A stretch of 64,000 nucleotides of DNA, taken from NCBI GenBank assembly GCA_947491755.1, contig CANLKV010000005.1, positions 27,103 through 91,102 of the forward strand, in the 5' to 3' direction. Positions within the stretch are counted from its first letter, which is position 1; each line of letters opens with the position of its first letter. The DNA is from an uncultured Nonlabens sp. (GTDB taxonomy: Bacteria > Bacteroidota > Bacteroidia > Flavobacteriales > Flavobacteriaceae). Positions 18,204 through 28,803 of the stretch are shown here, one piece after another. A model generated the notes under the pieces. The model made no database searches, was not told the origin of the DNA, and saw only the letters and a program-made list of their open reading frames with translations. The position numbers were made by a program, and so were the translations under genes.

Positions 18204-18674
18204 CTAGATATCTTCCAATCTTTTTACGGTATTCAAAGTCTGTTCTATGGAAAGCATTTGTTTCTCAATAATTGGTTTAACTTCAGTAAGTATGGTTTCA
18301 GCCTTTAATGCTTCCTTATAATCCTCTAGACTGGCTTTCTCTCCACGTATACATTCTTCTAGTATCGCTTCCTCATTATCACTAGTAAATTTTGTTTTTA
18401 CATCCATCCAGGTTCTGTGCAAGGCTGCCGTGGTCGATCCCGTGGTTGTAGGCTCTTCATTTAATGAGTGTAATGCGTCATGCAATTCTGTAGCAAACTG
18501 GCTGCGTACTGCCGCACGATCTTGAAAAAATCGCTGCAGCCTGGTCGATTCGGTCTCTTTTATCGCTTGCTTATAACCTTTTTCGGCATCATAACTTTTT
18601 TCAAGCAATTGATTCAACTGATGGACCGTTTTATCGTGTAAATCTTTGTGTGCAGCTTCTCTCGTGGTTTCCAT
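18204..18674 (-). CDS. PA2169 family four-helix-bundle protein
   Basis: LNQLLEKSYDAEKGY, LHRTWMDVK, ILEECIRGEKASLEDY; likely start METTRE. Confidence 0.88.
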   Translation of the reverse strand: METTREAAHKDLHDKTVHQLNQLLEKSYDAEKGYKQAIKETESTRLQRFFQDRAAVRSQFATELHDALHSLNEEPTTTGSTTAALHRTWMDVKTKFTSDNEEAILEECIRGEKASLEDYKEALKAETILTEVKPIIEKQMLSIEQTLNTVKRLEDI

Positions 18675-18835
18675 ATATTGTTTTTCTTTTAATATACCCA
18701 CTTTGTTATGTGTACTAAGCCAATAAAAATCCAATTCACATGGCTTTAACCCTTTAACTCAACAGTGTATTGATTTTTGGAAATATTCCAAGTTTTAATT
18801 AGGATTATTTCCTTAAACTCATTTATTTTTGTACC

Positions 18836-20236
18836 ATGGATTTCTTAAAACAAGTGTATGCGGTGGTAGATGTCGAGACCACAGGAAAAGGTCTGGGCGG
18901 TAATCGCATTACAGAAATTTGCATCGTACGTATGCGCCAGGATAAGGTATTAGATAAATTTACAAGCCTGGTCAATCCACAACAGCCAATACCCGCCTTT
19001 ATCACTCAGCTTACTGGCATCGATGATCACATGGTCGCAGATGCACCTGTTTTTGAAGAGGTCGCACAGCAGGTTTTGGCTTACTTGAAGGATGCCATTT
19101 TTGTAGCTCATAATGTGGGGTTTGACTATAATGTCATACGCAATGAGTTTAAAAGACTGGATATAGATTATAACAGCAAAAAGCTGTGTACGGTTCGGCT
19201 TTCGCGTAAGCTATTACCCAATAAATCATCCTATAGCCTGGGACGACTGTGCTATTCTTTAAGCATACCGCTAGACAACCGCCACCGTGCAGAAGGGGAT
19301 ACTGATGCGACGGTTATTTTATTTAATCGTTTGTTGGCGCTAGATGATGACTATGAGGTGATCATAGATTTTCTAAAAGTAAAAAGTAAAGAAAGTACCC
19401 TGCCACCCCATGTGCCTAAGGAACAGTTTGATGAATTACCCAGTTCACCTGGAATTTATCTCTTTAAAAACAAGGCGCACCAGGTAATCTATGTAGGAAA
19501 AGCGATAAATATTAAAAAAAGAGTGCTTTCTCATTTCTACACAAAAAAAAGTAAGTCCTATCTCATGGGACAAGAAATGTTCTATATCGATTATGAAGAA
19601 ACGGGTAACGAGGCCGTCGCACTGCTGCGAGAGGCCGATTTAATACGCCACTATTACCCTAAATTTAATAGCGCACAGAAAAAGCCACGCAACACGTATC
19701 AAATTATTTCTTATAAGAACCAGCGTGGCGTTATACAACTGGCAGTTCAAGTATCAAAATCTTTTGATTACTCTGTAATTACATTCTATAACCGGTCGCA
19801 AGCAGTAGAGAAGTTAGAATGGATGTGTGAAGAATTTAATCTGTGCCCGCGGTATTGTTCTTTACAATTGACCACTGGTCGCTGCACTCATTACAAATTG
19901 CGCAATTGTGAGGGAATATGCGCTCATGAAGAAGATGTTGAAGACTATAACCAGAAGGTATTGAGCGCTATTGATGCCTTACAAAACGATAAACCCACTT
20001 TTATTATTAAAGAATCTGGACGCACGCCAGATGAGAATTGCGTCGTACTTATCAAAGAGGGGCGCTATCAAGGGTACGGTTATGTAGATCGTGAGATACC
20101 GGTCACCACTATTGATCAATGTGAAACCTACATAGAGCGGCGCACACCTAATTATCACACGCATCAAATCATCAATACCTACTTGCGTAAAAACGAGATG
20201 CGCAATGTGGTGGTGCTCGATCAATTAAGTGCCTAG
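18836..20236 (+). CDS. DEDDh 3'-5' exonuclease (DnaQ-like) fused to a GIY-YIG (UvrC-like) domain
   Basis: VDVETTG, FVAHNVGFDY, HRAEGD; PGIYLF...VIYVGKAINIKKRV. Confidence 0.9.
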   Translation: MDFLKQVYAVVDVETTGKGLGGNRITEICIVRMRQDKVLDKFTSLVNPQQPIPAFITQLTGIDDHMVADAPVFEEVAQQVLAYLKDAIFVAHNVGFDYNVIRNEFKRLDIDYNSKKLCTVRLSRKLLPNKSSYSLGRLCYSLSIPLDNRHRAEGDTDATVILFNRLLALDDDYEVIIDFLKVKSKESTLPPHVPKEQFDELPSSPGIYLFKNKAHQVIYVGKAINIKKRVLSHFYTKKSKSYLMGQEMFYIDYEETGNEAVALLREADLIRHYYPKFNSAQKKPRNTYQIISYKNQRGVIQLAVQVSKSFDYSVITFYNRSQAVEKLEWMCEEFNLCPRYCSLQLTTGRCTHYKLRNCEGICAHEEDVEDYNQKVLSAIDALQNDKPTFIIKESGRTPDENCVVLIKEGRYQGYGYVDREIPVTTIDQCETYIERRTPNYHTHQIINTYLRKNEMRNVVVLDQLSA

Positions 20237-21525
20237 GTTTTCTGTTTTTTCTTGCGCGCTGCCGGGAACAGCACGTTATTTAAAATAAGGCGGTAACCTG
20301 GCGAGTTGGGATGTAGACTTAATTCGGTTTTAGGATCTCCTACTCGATGTTGATAATCCTCTGGATCATGACCACCGTAAAAAGTAAAAAATCCCTTACC
20401 TCGTATGCCGTGAATATAACGGGCTTCTTTGTTCGTTTTATTTTCTCCTAAAACAAGAACATTTTTTTTAACCTGGCTCCTATCAAAGCTGGTTGTTTGC
20501 CCCATAAAACCTTTTACTAGACTGGTATGATTTTGATTGAGCATGGTCGGTATGGGGTCCCACTTTGCACTGAAATCCATGAGCGAAAAATAGTCACGTT
20601 CTTTATCAATACGCCTTTTTGAGGCCATGTCAATAGAGCTAAACTCATAGACCATAGGGGAACGTTCTAATATAAAATCTGTAAAAGCAAAAGTACGGGT
20701 ATAGTTAATCTTACTTTGATAATTCCCCTCTGATGGGTCACCGTCAAACATTGTTTCTGCAATATCTACTCCTTCTGCAGCCAGGGCAATATCAAAACTA
20801 TCTGTAGCGCTACACATGGCAAACATAAAACCGCCGCCCACTACATAGTCTCTTATTTTTAGTGCTACATCGCGCTTCTCTTCACTCACCTTGCTGTAAC
20901 CTAACTCTGCAGCAAGAGCCTCTGCATTTTGTTTTTCTTCTATATACCAGGGAGTTGCTCTATAATTGCGATAAAATTTACCGTACTGGCCGGTAAAATC
21001 TTCATGATGCAGGTGCAGCCAGTCGTACAGCAGTAACTCATCTGCTAGTACCTCTTTATCATATACTTTTTCATACGGTATCTCTGCATAGGTCAATACC
21101 AAAGTTACCGCATCATCCCACGGTGCTTTACCGGTAGGGGTATAAACCGCAATTTTTGGTGCTTTTTCTAGGAGCACCTCTTGCATATTTTGAGAGGGGC
21201 TAGAAATGTAATCCAACATAGAGAGCACCTCAGATTCAGTTTTGGGCTCATATGAGACTCCTCTTATAATCAATTCTTTTTCAAAACGCTCAGTTTGCGG
21301 GATGAGGAAAGAACCGCCGCGGTAATTAAGTAACCACTTTACTTTAGTTCCCTGTGACAGCACCCAGTAAGAGATTCCGTAGGCTTTTAAATGATCGCTT
21401 TGAGTTTCGGCATCCATGGGAATTAAAAGATACTGTGCATGCAAGGGAATACTCGCCAGCAAGGTTAACACCAGTACCAGCTGTAGACATAACTTTTTAA
21501 AAGGTAGAAAAGTTTTTACTTGCAT
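20233..21525 (-). CDS. Conserved exported Bacteroidota protein, often auto-labelled asparagine synthetase B; function unknown
   Basis: Signal peptide ending LHA-Q; DWLHLHHEDFTG, FMFAMCSATD, FYGGHDPED motifs; none of the N-terminal-Cys/ATP-pyrophosphatase motifs of true AsnB. Confidence 0.7.
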   Translation of the reverse strand: MQVKTFLPFKKLCLQLVLVLTLLASIPLHAQYLLIPMDAETQSDHLKAYGISYWVLSQGTKVKWLLNYRGGSFLIPQTERFEKELIIRGVSYEPKTESEVLSMLDYISSPSQNMQEVLLEKAPKIAVYTPTGKAPWDDAVTLVLTYAEIPYEKVYDKEVLADELLLYDWLHLHHEDFTGQYGKFYRNYRATPWYIEEKQNAEALAAELGYSKVSEEKRDVALKIRDYVVGGGFMFAMCSATDSFDIALAAEGVDIAETMFDGDPSEGNYQSKINYTRTFAFTDFILERSPMVYEFSSIDMASKRRIDKERDYFSLMDFSAKWDPIPTMLNQNHTSLVKGFMGQTTSFDRSQVKKNVLVLGENKTNKEARYIHGIRGKGFFTFYGGHDPEDYQHRVGDPKTELSLHPNSPGYRLILNNVLFPAARKKKQKT

Positions 21526-21550
21526 CGAGCTTTCATTAGGTCCATTAGTT

Positions 21551-21566
21551 CGCTTTCGCGTAAGCG
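21551..21566. repeat. 16-bp palindrome copy, 1 mismatch, upstream of the likely start at 21525
   Basis: CGCTTTCGCGTAAGCG. Confidence 0.9.
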
Positions 21567-21630
21567 GAAACGTACCACACATTACAGCAATATACAAACA
21601 GATCGTTTGATAGAGACCATTTGCATTGTT

Positions 21631-23172
21631 TTAAAAAGCAAGTCCATCATCATCACCTTGCGGCCCACCAAAGGCGTCTCCTGGCGTAGGGAATGATACA
21701 TTATCTGGCTTAAAGGTATCATCATTAGCACTGTTCATCTTTGACCCGTATTCCTGTGGTATTCCCCATTGCTGATCAAGATTATCAAACTTACCGAATT
21801 GCCCTAGGAATTTGAGACGTATGTTATCTGTAGCACCATTACGGTGCTTTGCTACGATAAATTCTGCCTGGTCCTTACAAGGTGATTGATCGTCGTCATC
21901 CCATTCTTCTAGTCCATAATATTCTGGCCTGTAGATAAATGAAACAATATCTGCATCTTGCTCGATAGCACCAGACTCACGCAGGTCGGATAGTAGTGGT
22001 CGCTTGCTACCGCCTCGAGTTTCTACAGCACGAGATAACTGTGATAAGGCAATTACAGGTACTTCTAGTTCTTTGGCTAGTGCCTTTAAATTACGAGAGA
22101 TTGTGGATATTTCCTGCTCGCGATTCCCTCCTTTATTACCTGTTTGTGCGGTCATCAATTGCAGGTAATCCACCATGATCAATTTAATACCATGCTGCGA
22201 GGCAAGGCGTCTACATTTGGCTCGCAGGTCAAAAATAGACAAAGACGGCGTGTCATCTATAAATATAGGGGCCTGCTCTAGATCTTTAACCTTTACATTT
22301 AATTGTTCCCACTCGTGGGCTTCTAGTTTTCCAGTACGTAGTTTTTCTGATGAAAGACCCGTCTCTGACGATATTAATCGAGTAATAAGCTGTACACTAC
22401 TCATCTCTAGTGAAAAGAATGCCACGGGTATATTGCTTCCTACTGCAATATTTCTGGCCATAGATAATGTAAAAGCGGTTTTACCCATACCTGGTCTTGC
22501 GGCCACAATTATCAAATCACTAGGCTGCCACCCACTGGTCAATCGATCTAGATCTGTAAATCCAGTAGGAATACCACTCAAACCATCCCTATTGGCAATT
22601 TCTTCAATACGCTGTTTTGCCTGGCGCACCAGATCCATGGCTGTTTCTGTGCTCTTGCGTATATTCCCCTGCGCCACTTCATACAACTTGGACTCTGCCA
22701 TGTCTAGCAGGTCAAAAACATCTGTAGATTCTTCATAAGAATCGTTAATAATTTCCGTAGAGATTTTGATTAAGCTGCGCTGAATAAATTTTTGCAGTAT
22801 GATGCGCGCGTGAAATTCTATATGCGCTGTAGAACTAACTAATTGGGACAATTGTACAAGATAATGGTCGCCACCTACAGCCTCCAACTTTTCATCACGG
22901 CGCAACTGGGCGCTTACCGTTAATAAGTCTACCGGACTGCCTCCCTTAAACAATTTATCGATCGCATCAAAAATATATTGATGCCGTTTTTCATAAAAAG
23001 CATCTGGCGACAGCAAATCGATAACCTCATCCACTCCTTTACCGTCAATCATGAGCGCACCTAGTACAACTTTCTCAAGATCAATTGCTTGTGGCGGTAT
23101 TTTACCCTTTTCTAATGATATGACCGGGCTGTTTCCAGACACGATTGATTTGCGTTCTTGTACTTTTTCCAT
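21631..23172 (-). CDS. dnaB: Replicative DNA helicase
   Basis: PPQAIDLE, AARPGMGKT (Walker A), IMVDYLQL, LRESGAIEQDAD; no intein. Confidence 0.97.
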   Translation of the reverse strand: MEKVQERKSIVSGNSPVISLEKGKIPPQAIDLEKVVLGALMIDGKGVDEVIDLLSPDAFYEKRHQYIFDAIDKLFKGGSPVDLLTVSAQLRRDEKLEAVGGDHYLVQLSQLVSSTAHIEFHARIILQKFIQRSLIKISTEIINDSYEESTDVFDLLDMAESKLYEVAQGNIRKSTETAMDLVRQAKQRIEEIANRDGLSGIPTGFTDLDRLTSGWQPSDLIIVAARPGMGKTAFTLSMARNIAVGSNIPVAFFSLEMSSVQLITRLISSETGLSSEKLRTGKLEAHEWEQLNVKVKDLEQAPIFIDDTPSLSIFDLRAKCRRLASQHGIKLIMVDYLQLMTAQTGNKGGNREQEISTISRNLKALAKELEVPVIALSQLSRAVETRGGSKRPLLSDLRESGAIEQDADIVSFIYRPEYYGLEEWDDDDQSPCKDQAEFIVAKHRNGATDNIRLKFLGQFGKFDNLDQQWGIPQEYGSKMNSANDDTFKPDNVSFPTPGDAFGGPQGDDDGLAF

Positions 23173-23389
23173 AGTTTCAAAAATAGCGGAAAGCCGCTAG
23201 ATATTAAGATTTCCTTGTCTTCAGTTATTCAACATTTGTGCCTTTTTTAAGGTTCACAACCTGTTGACAACCTCACTTCTTTTTGTAATGTGTTCGTAGC
23301 ACTTTGTTGAGCCATGTAGGAATCAACTTACTTATGGCCTGCACGGTTTTTATAAGTCACTCGCCGCTATTTTGACAGCTTTGATCATT

Positions 23390-23418
23390 AAAAAACCAGC
23401 CTTGCAGCTGGTTTTTTT
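23390..23418 (-). terminator. Intrinsic terminator after accA
   Basis: AAAAAACCAGC-cttgca-GCTGGTTTTTT. Confidence 0.75.
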
Positions 23419-23439
23419 ACTCTACAATAAATTGATCGG

Positions 23440-24393
23440 CTATCCCTTAAAGACACCCATATTTGCATATTTATCCATGCGTTGTGCCACTAGTTCTTCA
23501 GGAGATAAGTCTTTTAATTCATGATATTGACGGTCGATACATTTTGCTACTGACACAAATATCTCTTCTCGATTTTTGTGGGCACCGCCTTCTGGCTCGT
23601 CCAGGATTTCGTCTACCAGTTTCAACTTTTTCATGTCCTTACTGGTCAGTTTTAATGCCTCGGCAGCAGTCTCTTTGTATTCCCAGCTTCTCCACAGGAT
23701 TGAACTACAGGACTCTGGCGATATGACACTATACCAGGTGTTTTCTAGCATGATCACTTTATCACCTACACCTATACCTAGCGCCCCACCACTGGCACCT
23801 TCTCCTATGATCATTACAATAATAGGCACTTTAAGGCGGGTCATTTCTAAGATATTACGTGCAATGGCTTCTCCCTGACCGCGCTCCTCTGCCTCTAATC
23901 CTGGAAATGCTCCTGGTGTGTCTATTAAGGTCACTACAGGAATACCAAATTTTTCTGCGCTCTTCATTAAGCGCAGCGCCTTGCGGTAACCTTCTGGATT
24001 AGACATCCCAAAGTTGCGGTATTGACGGGTTTTTGTGTTGTATCCCTTTTGTTGACCTATGAACATATAGGTCTGATCACCTATTTTGCCCAGGCCACCA
24101 ATCATCGCCTTATCATCCTTTACATTGCGATCACCATGTAATTCTAGCCAGGTGTCGCCACAAATACTTTGTATGTAATCCAGTGTGTACGGCCGGTCTG
24201 GATGACGAGACATCTGCACACGCTGCCACGGTGTCAAATTACTATAGATTTGTTTGCGTGTTTGTTGCAGCTTTTTTTCAAGTTGTTTAATCGTTTTAGA
24301 AACGTCAACATTGTTCTCTGTTCCTATTGCTAGCGCTTGCTGGTATTGCTGCTCTAGCTCTTTAATGGGAGTTTCAAATTCTAGATATTCCAT
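23440..24393 (-). CDS. accA: Acetyl-CoA carboxylase carboxyltransferase alpha subunit
   Basis: [10 protein letters not shown] start, [31 protein letters not shown]. Confidence 0.97.
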   Translation of the reverse strand: MEYLEFETPIKELEQQYQQALAIGTENNVDVSKTIKQLEKKLQQTRKQIYSNLTPWQRVQMSRHPDRPYTLDYIQSICGDTWLELHGDRNVKDDKAMIGGLGKIGDQTYMFIGQQKGYNTKTRQYRNFGMSNPEGYRKALRLMKSAEKFGIPVVTLIDTPGAFPGLEAEERGQGEAIARNILEMTRLKVPIIVMIIGEGASGGALGIGVGDKVIMLENTWYSVISPESCSSILWRSWEYKETAAEALKLTSKDMKKLKLVDEILDEPEGGAHKNREEIFVSVAKCIDRQYHELKDLSPEELVAQRMDKYANMGVFKG

Positions 24394-24489
24394 AGTTGGG
24401 TATTCCAGTTGGGGCAACAAATATAGGAAAACATGAGACTGTGCGGCATTTGTATGGGCTCAATTATGCATTGAAATGTTGGCAGGTTA

Positions 24490-24505
24490 CGCTTCCGCGA
24501 AAGCG
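24490..24505. repeat. 16-bp palindrome copy, 1 mismatch, intergenic
   Basis: CGCTTCCGCGAAAGCG. Confidence 0.9.
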
Positions 24506-24530
24506 AGATACACCACCGCTCTATCAACAC

Positions 24531-25460
24531 CTATAAATCAACAGGCTGTAATTGTTTCTTTTTGCGACGGTTCTGATGTGTTTTAAGCAATCCATTTGCT
24601 ATAATAACAGCCAGTATAACGGCAGCGCCCACGTAAAATTCTTGGGTCATTTTTTCTACATCACCCAAGATAAAAAACGCTAAGAAAATACCATATACGG
24701 GTTCTAGATTTATGGTAAGCATGACGGTATAGGCACTTAAAACCCTCATTACTTTTACACTGGCTATAAAAGCATAGGCGGTGCAAAAACTAGCTAGGAT
24801 AGCAATCCACAGCCAGTCTGGTGCTGATAATTCCAGCGGACTTACAAATTGTGACGGGAAGATTAAAAAATAGATACTGATAAAAGCGACACCGCTGGCT
24901 AACTCATAAAAACTTATGGTTGATGGCGGGTGTTCTTTTGCCCATTTAACGTTGATGATTGAAAATGTAGCGCTAAGCAATGCACTAATTAATCCTAGTA
25001 CCATGCCCATCACATACTCTGTTTCTATCTGGAAGATATAATACAAGGCACCGATGATTATGATACCAAAAACTAACTCATAACCCACAAATTTTTTAGG
25101 AGTAAATAAAGGTTCTAATATAGCTGTAAAAAAAGCGCCTGTGCTTATCATGGCCAAAGTGACGGATACGTTGCTCGCTTTAATCGCACCAAAAAAAGTC
25201 ACCCAGTGCAGTGCGATCACAATCCCGGCACCTACAAAACCTAATATGCGTTTACGAGACAATGCCTGGGGTCCTGACCATTGTAGCGGTATGCGCATTA
25301 TTTTCATATACATAAATATGAGCAATACAGCGAGAAACATGCGCCACCATACCAGCGGTATGCTGTCAATAGAGATAAGCGCGCCTAGTACCGCGGTAAA
25401 TCCCCATATAAAAACAATAACATGTAAGTGTAGGTAATTGAGTAATCTATCGTCGTGCAT
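24531..25460 (-). CDS. DMT/EamA family transporter
   Basis: About 10 TM; LHWVTFFGAIK, INLEPVYGI. Confidence 0.88.
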   Translation of the reverse strand: MHDDRLLNYLHLHVIVFIWGFTAVLGALISIDSIPLVWWRMFLAVLLIFMYMKIMRIPLQWSGPQALSRKRILGFVGAGIVIALHWVTFFGAIKASNVSVTLAMISTGAFFTAILEPLFTPKKFVGYELVFGIIIIGALYYIFQIETEYVMGMVLGLISALLSATFSIINVKWAKEHPPSTISFYELASGVAFISIYFLIFPSQFVSPLELSAPDWLWIAILASFCTAYAFIASVKVMRVLSAYTVMLTINLEPVYGIFLAFFILGDVEKMTQEFYVGAAVILAVIIANGLLKTHQNRRKKKQLQPVDL

Positions 25461-26517
25461 TTTTCAAGAGGTATAAAGCTACCAAAGCAAAAAATATATT
25501 AGGGGCCCATACGGCGATCCATGGCGAGAATGTACTTTTCTCTGCTATAGTGCCAAAAACTTTATCCAGAAACATATAGGTCATCGCAATGACAATACCG
25601 ATGGCTAGGTTAACACCCATACCGCCTCGTTTTTTAACAGACGAGACCGCAACAGCTATAATGGTAAAAATGAATGCACTTACAGGAATAGAAATGCGCT
25701 TGTATTTTTCTACATAATATATATTCATATTGGCATTACCGCGTTTCTCTTCTTTGGCAATAAAATCGTTGAGTTTGTTAAAGGTCAAGGTTTCTGCAAT
25801 GTATTCATCGGGTGTGAGCTCATCGATATCGAAAGTAAAGACGGTATCCAGTACATTCTTTTTCTCAATAATCTCTCGGTCCTCCAGTATGGTTCTCTTC
25901 TTGTACTGGGTCAATGTATAAACACTGTCTTTAAAACTTATACGGTTTGCATAAATCTTATATTTCAACACATTATCTTCAAAATGCTCTAGGGTAAAGT
26001 CAAAGCCGCGCTTGCTGGATTTTTGATAATTGCTTACGTACACATAATCATTATCAGAAATCTGACGGAAAACATTTGTTGTGGCAGCCGCATTTCCCTT
26101 GCGAAAATATTTCTGTTGGAATTCATTAAATCCCTCTGCAGCCTGTGGTACAAAAATAGCACTGAGTAATAGAGCAACTAGACAAACCAGGGTAGCGCCT
26201 ATAATGTATGGACGTAAAAATCTATTGAAAGAAACCCCAGAACTTAAAAAAGCAATAACCTCTGTATTATTAGCCAGTTTTGAGGTAAAAAACATGGTAG
26301 AAATAAACAAGAAGATAGGAAACAAGAAATTTGTAAAATACATCGTAAAGTCTCCTAGATACACCATGGTTTCAAGGAAAGGAACTTCTTTTGCAATGAT
26401 CTTACCTATTTTTTCAGCAATATGAACCGTTACCATAATAGGTAAAAACAACAGCAGGAGCAGGAAAAAACTGCCCAGATATCGCTTTAATATGTAACGG
26501 TCTAGAATGCTTAACAC
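25447..26517 (-). CDS. LptF/LptG family LPS export permease
   Basis: ILDRYILKRY, NTEVIAFLSSGVSF, KKRGGMG, AVWAPN. Confidence 0.92.
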   Translation of the reverse strand: MLSILDRYILKRYLGSFFLLLLLFLPIMVTVHIAEKIGKIIAKEVPFLETMVYLGDFTMYFTNFLFPIFLFISTMFFTSKLANNTEVIAFLSSGVSFNRFLRPYIIGATLVCLVALLLSAIFVPQAAEGFNEFQQKYFRKGNAAATTNVFRQISDNDYVYVSNYQKSSKRGFDFTLEHFEDNVLKYKIYANRISFKDSVYTLTQYKKRTILEDREIIEKKNVLDTVFTFDIDELTPDEYIAETLTFNKLNDFIAKEEKRGNANMNIYYVEKYKRISIPVSAFIFTIIAVAVSSVKKRGGMGVNLAIGIVIAMTYMFLDKVFGTIAEKSTFSPWIAVWAPNIFFALVALYLLKNARR

Positions 26518-27654
26518 TTACAATCGATTATCCATTTGTTTAACCATCTTATCCTTCCAGGTTCTGAAATCTCCTGCAAGAATATGCTTACGAGCCTCGC
26601 GCATCAACCATAAATAAAACGCTAAATTATGTATGGTACAAATTTGTCGGCCCAGCATCTCATTTACTGTAAAGAGGTGTCTTACATAGGCTTTCGAATA
26701 CTCTGTATCTACCCAGGCATAAGCGGCCTCATCCAGCGGGCTGAAATCCATCTCCCACTTTTTATTCTTGATATTTATAGAGCCATGTGCGGTAAATATC
26801 ATCCCATTTCTACCATTACGAGTAGGCATCACACAATCAAACATGTCTATGCCTAGTGCTACATTCTCTAATAAATTAATAGGTGTCCCTACACCCATAA
26901 GATATCTAGGTTTGTCCTGTGGTAATACGGCAGTGACCACATCAGTCATGGCATACATTTCCTCTGCTGGTTCTCCTACAGAAAGTCCTCCTATAGCATT
27001 AGCATCCATATCGCATTCTGCCACAAATTCTGCACTTTGTTTCCTCAATTCTGGATAAGTACTTCCTTGAATAATTGGAAATAAAGTTTGTGTAAAACCG
27101 TATTTATCTGGTGTGTTATTAAAATGCTCAATACATCTCTTCAACCAGCGGTGTGTCATATGCATACTGCGTCTAGCATAATTGAACTCACAGGGATAAG
27201 GAGTACACTCGTCAAATGCCATTATAATATCTGCGCCTATACTGCGCTGGATATCCATAGCTCGTTCTGGTGTGAAAAAGTGAAAAGACCCATCGATATG
27301 CGATTTAAATTTTACACCTTCTTCTTTTATCTTCCTATTAGCACTAAGAGAATATACCTGATAGCCTCCAGAATCAGTCAAAATAGGCCGGTCCCAATTC
27401 ATAAATTGATGTAATCCGCCCGCTTTTTCCAGGACTTCTATACCAGGTCTCAAAAATAGGTGGTAGGTATTGGCCAGGATAATATCTGGATTAACTTCCT
27501 CTTTAAGCTCTCTCTGGTGTACGCCTTTAACGGTACCTAGAGTACCTACAGGCATAAAAATAGGGGTCTCGATAGCACCGTGATCTGTGTGTACTACTCC
27601 TGCTCTAGCCTGACTTTGTGCGTCTGTTTGTAAAAGGTCAAATTTCATTTTCAT
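26518..27654 (-). CDS. tgt: tRNA-guanine transglycosylase
   Basis: TPIFMPVGT, LTDSGGYQV, MAFDEC, DMFDCVMPTRNGRNG, Zn-site HNL. Confidence 0.97.
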   Translation of the reverse strand: MKMKFDLLQTDAQSQARAGVVHTDHGAIETPIFMPVGTLGTVKGVHQRELKEEVNPDIILANTYHLFLRPGIEVLEKAGGLHQFMNWDRPILTDSGGYQVYSLSANRKIKEEGVKFKSHIDGSFHFFTPERAMDIQRSIGADIIMAFDECTPYPCEFNYARRSMHMTHRWLKRCIEHFNNTPDKYGFTQTLFPIIQGSTYPELRKQSAEFVAECDMDANAIGGLSVGEPAEEMYAMTDVVTAVLPQDKPRYLMGVGTPINLLENVALGIDMFDCVMPTRNGRNGMIFTAHGSINIKNKKWEMDFSPLDEAAYAWVDTEYSKAYVRHLFTVNEMLGRQICTIHNLAFYLWLMREARKHILAGDFRTWKDKMVKQMDNRL

Positions 27655-27923
27655 GCGTGGCAAAGATACACAGATGGTTGTGACTTGTTACGTATGAGTT
27701 TTGATTTCAGGCCTGGTGATTATAGCTTAGGATTAATGACTATAAAATTGCAATTACCAATAGATATGCCGGTGTTTGCATCTATCAAAATTTGTCTGAA
27801 TTATCGTTCTTATCTCTAGTTTGTTCACAAAAACTTTAAAATCGTTAATAAGTCAAAAACCAGTGAAATGCCTATCCCGCATCAAGACATTACCTTTACC
27901 CGCATTAACAAACCTCAACAAAA

Positions 27924-28769
27924 ATGGCTGATATACAGCACTTAAAAGATTTAGTCACACAAGTACGTCGCGACATCGTACGTCAGGTTCACGCAGTAAG
28001 TAGCGGCCATCCCGGTGGTTCCCTAGGGTGTGCAGAGTTTATTGTAGCTCTCTATCATGAGATCATGGATCATAATCCTGATTTTAATATGGATGGTCAC
28101 AATGAAGATTTATTTTTTCTTTCAAATGGGCACATTTCGCCTGTTTTTTACAGCGTTTTAGCACATGCGGGTTATTTCCCTAAAGAGGAGTTATCTACCT
28201 TCCGCAAGCTCAATTCTAGACTGCAAGGTCACCCTACCACGCATGAAGGTCTTCCTGGAGTGCGTATAGCAAGTGGATCCCTAGGACAAGGTATGAGTGT
28301 AGGAATAGGTGCCGCCCTTTCAAAGAAATTAAATGGCGATGATAAAACAGTTTTTACCTTACACGGCGATGGCGAGCTGCAAGAAGGTCAAATATGGGAG
28401 TCTGCCATGTATGCCAGTGCAAATCATGTAGACAACCTTATAGCAACCATTGACGTCAATGGTCAACAAATTGATGGTAGCACTGACAGCGTTCTTGCGC
28501 TAGGTGATTTGCGCAAGAAGTTTGAAGCCTTTGGCTGGGAAGTATTGACCATAAACAAGGGGAACGATATGGAAGCTGTGGTGTCAGGAGTGAAAGAGGC
28601 GATCTCGCTTACGCGAAAGCGTAAACCCGTCTGCATATTGCTACACACAACCATGGGCCACGGTGTGGACTTTATGATGGGCTCTCACGAGTGGCATGGT
28701 ATTGCTCCTAACGATGAGCAACTAGCAGAAGCATTGAAACAAAATCCTGAAACCATAGGCGACTATTAA
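27924..28769 (+). CDS. Transketolase, N-terminal subunit
   Basis: SGHPGGSLG, LQGHP, GSLGQG, GDGELQEGQIWE (TPP motif). Confidence 0.93.
   Translation: MADIQHLKDLVTQVRRDIVRQVHAVSSGHPGGSLGCAEFIVALYHEIMDHNPDFNMDGHNEDLFFLSNGHISPVFYSVLAHAGYFPKEELSTFRKLNSRLQGHPTTHEGLPGVRIASGSLGQGMSVGIGAALSKKLNGDDKTVFTLHGDGELQEGQIWESAMYASANHVDNLIATIDVNGQQIDGSTDSVLALGDLRKKFEAFGWEVLTINKGNDMEAVVSGVKEAISLTRKRKPVCILLHTTMGHGVDFMMGSHEWHGIAPNDEQLAEALKQNPETIGDY
28606..28621. repeat. 16-bp palindrome copy, 1 mismatch, inside transketolase-N (SLTRKR)
   Basis: CGCTTACGCGAAAGCG. Confidence 0.9.
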
Positions 28770-28803
28770 TCAAAAAACGACCGCTATATGCGGTACGAAT
28801 TAT

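Noticed and set aside
19197-19212. Degenerate palindrome-like GGCTTTCGCGTAAGCT in the exonuclease gene
   Set aside because: Three non-compensatory mismatches and it encodes the family-typical CTVRLSRKL segment, so it may be protein-driven; not counted among the 16 copies.
20233-21597. Asparagine synthetase B call and the N-terminal extension to 21597
   Set aside because: No Ntn-Cys or ATP-pyrophosphatase motifs; the signal peptide begins at 21525, placing the extension and the repeat copy upstream.
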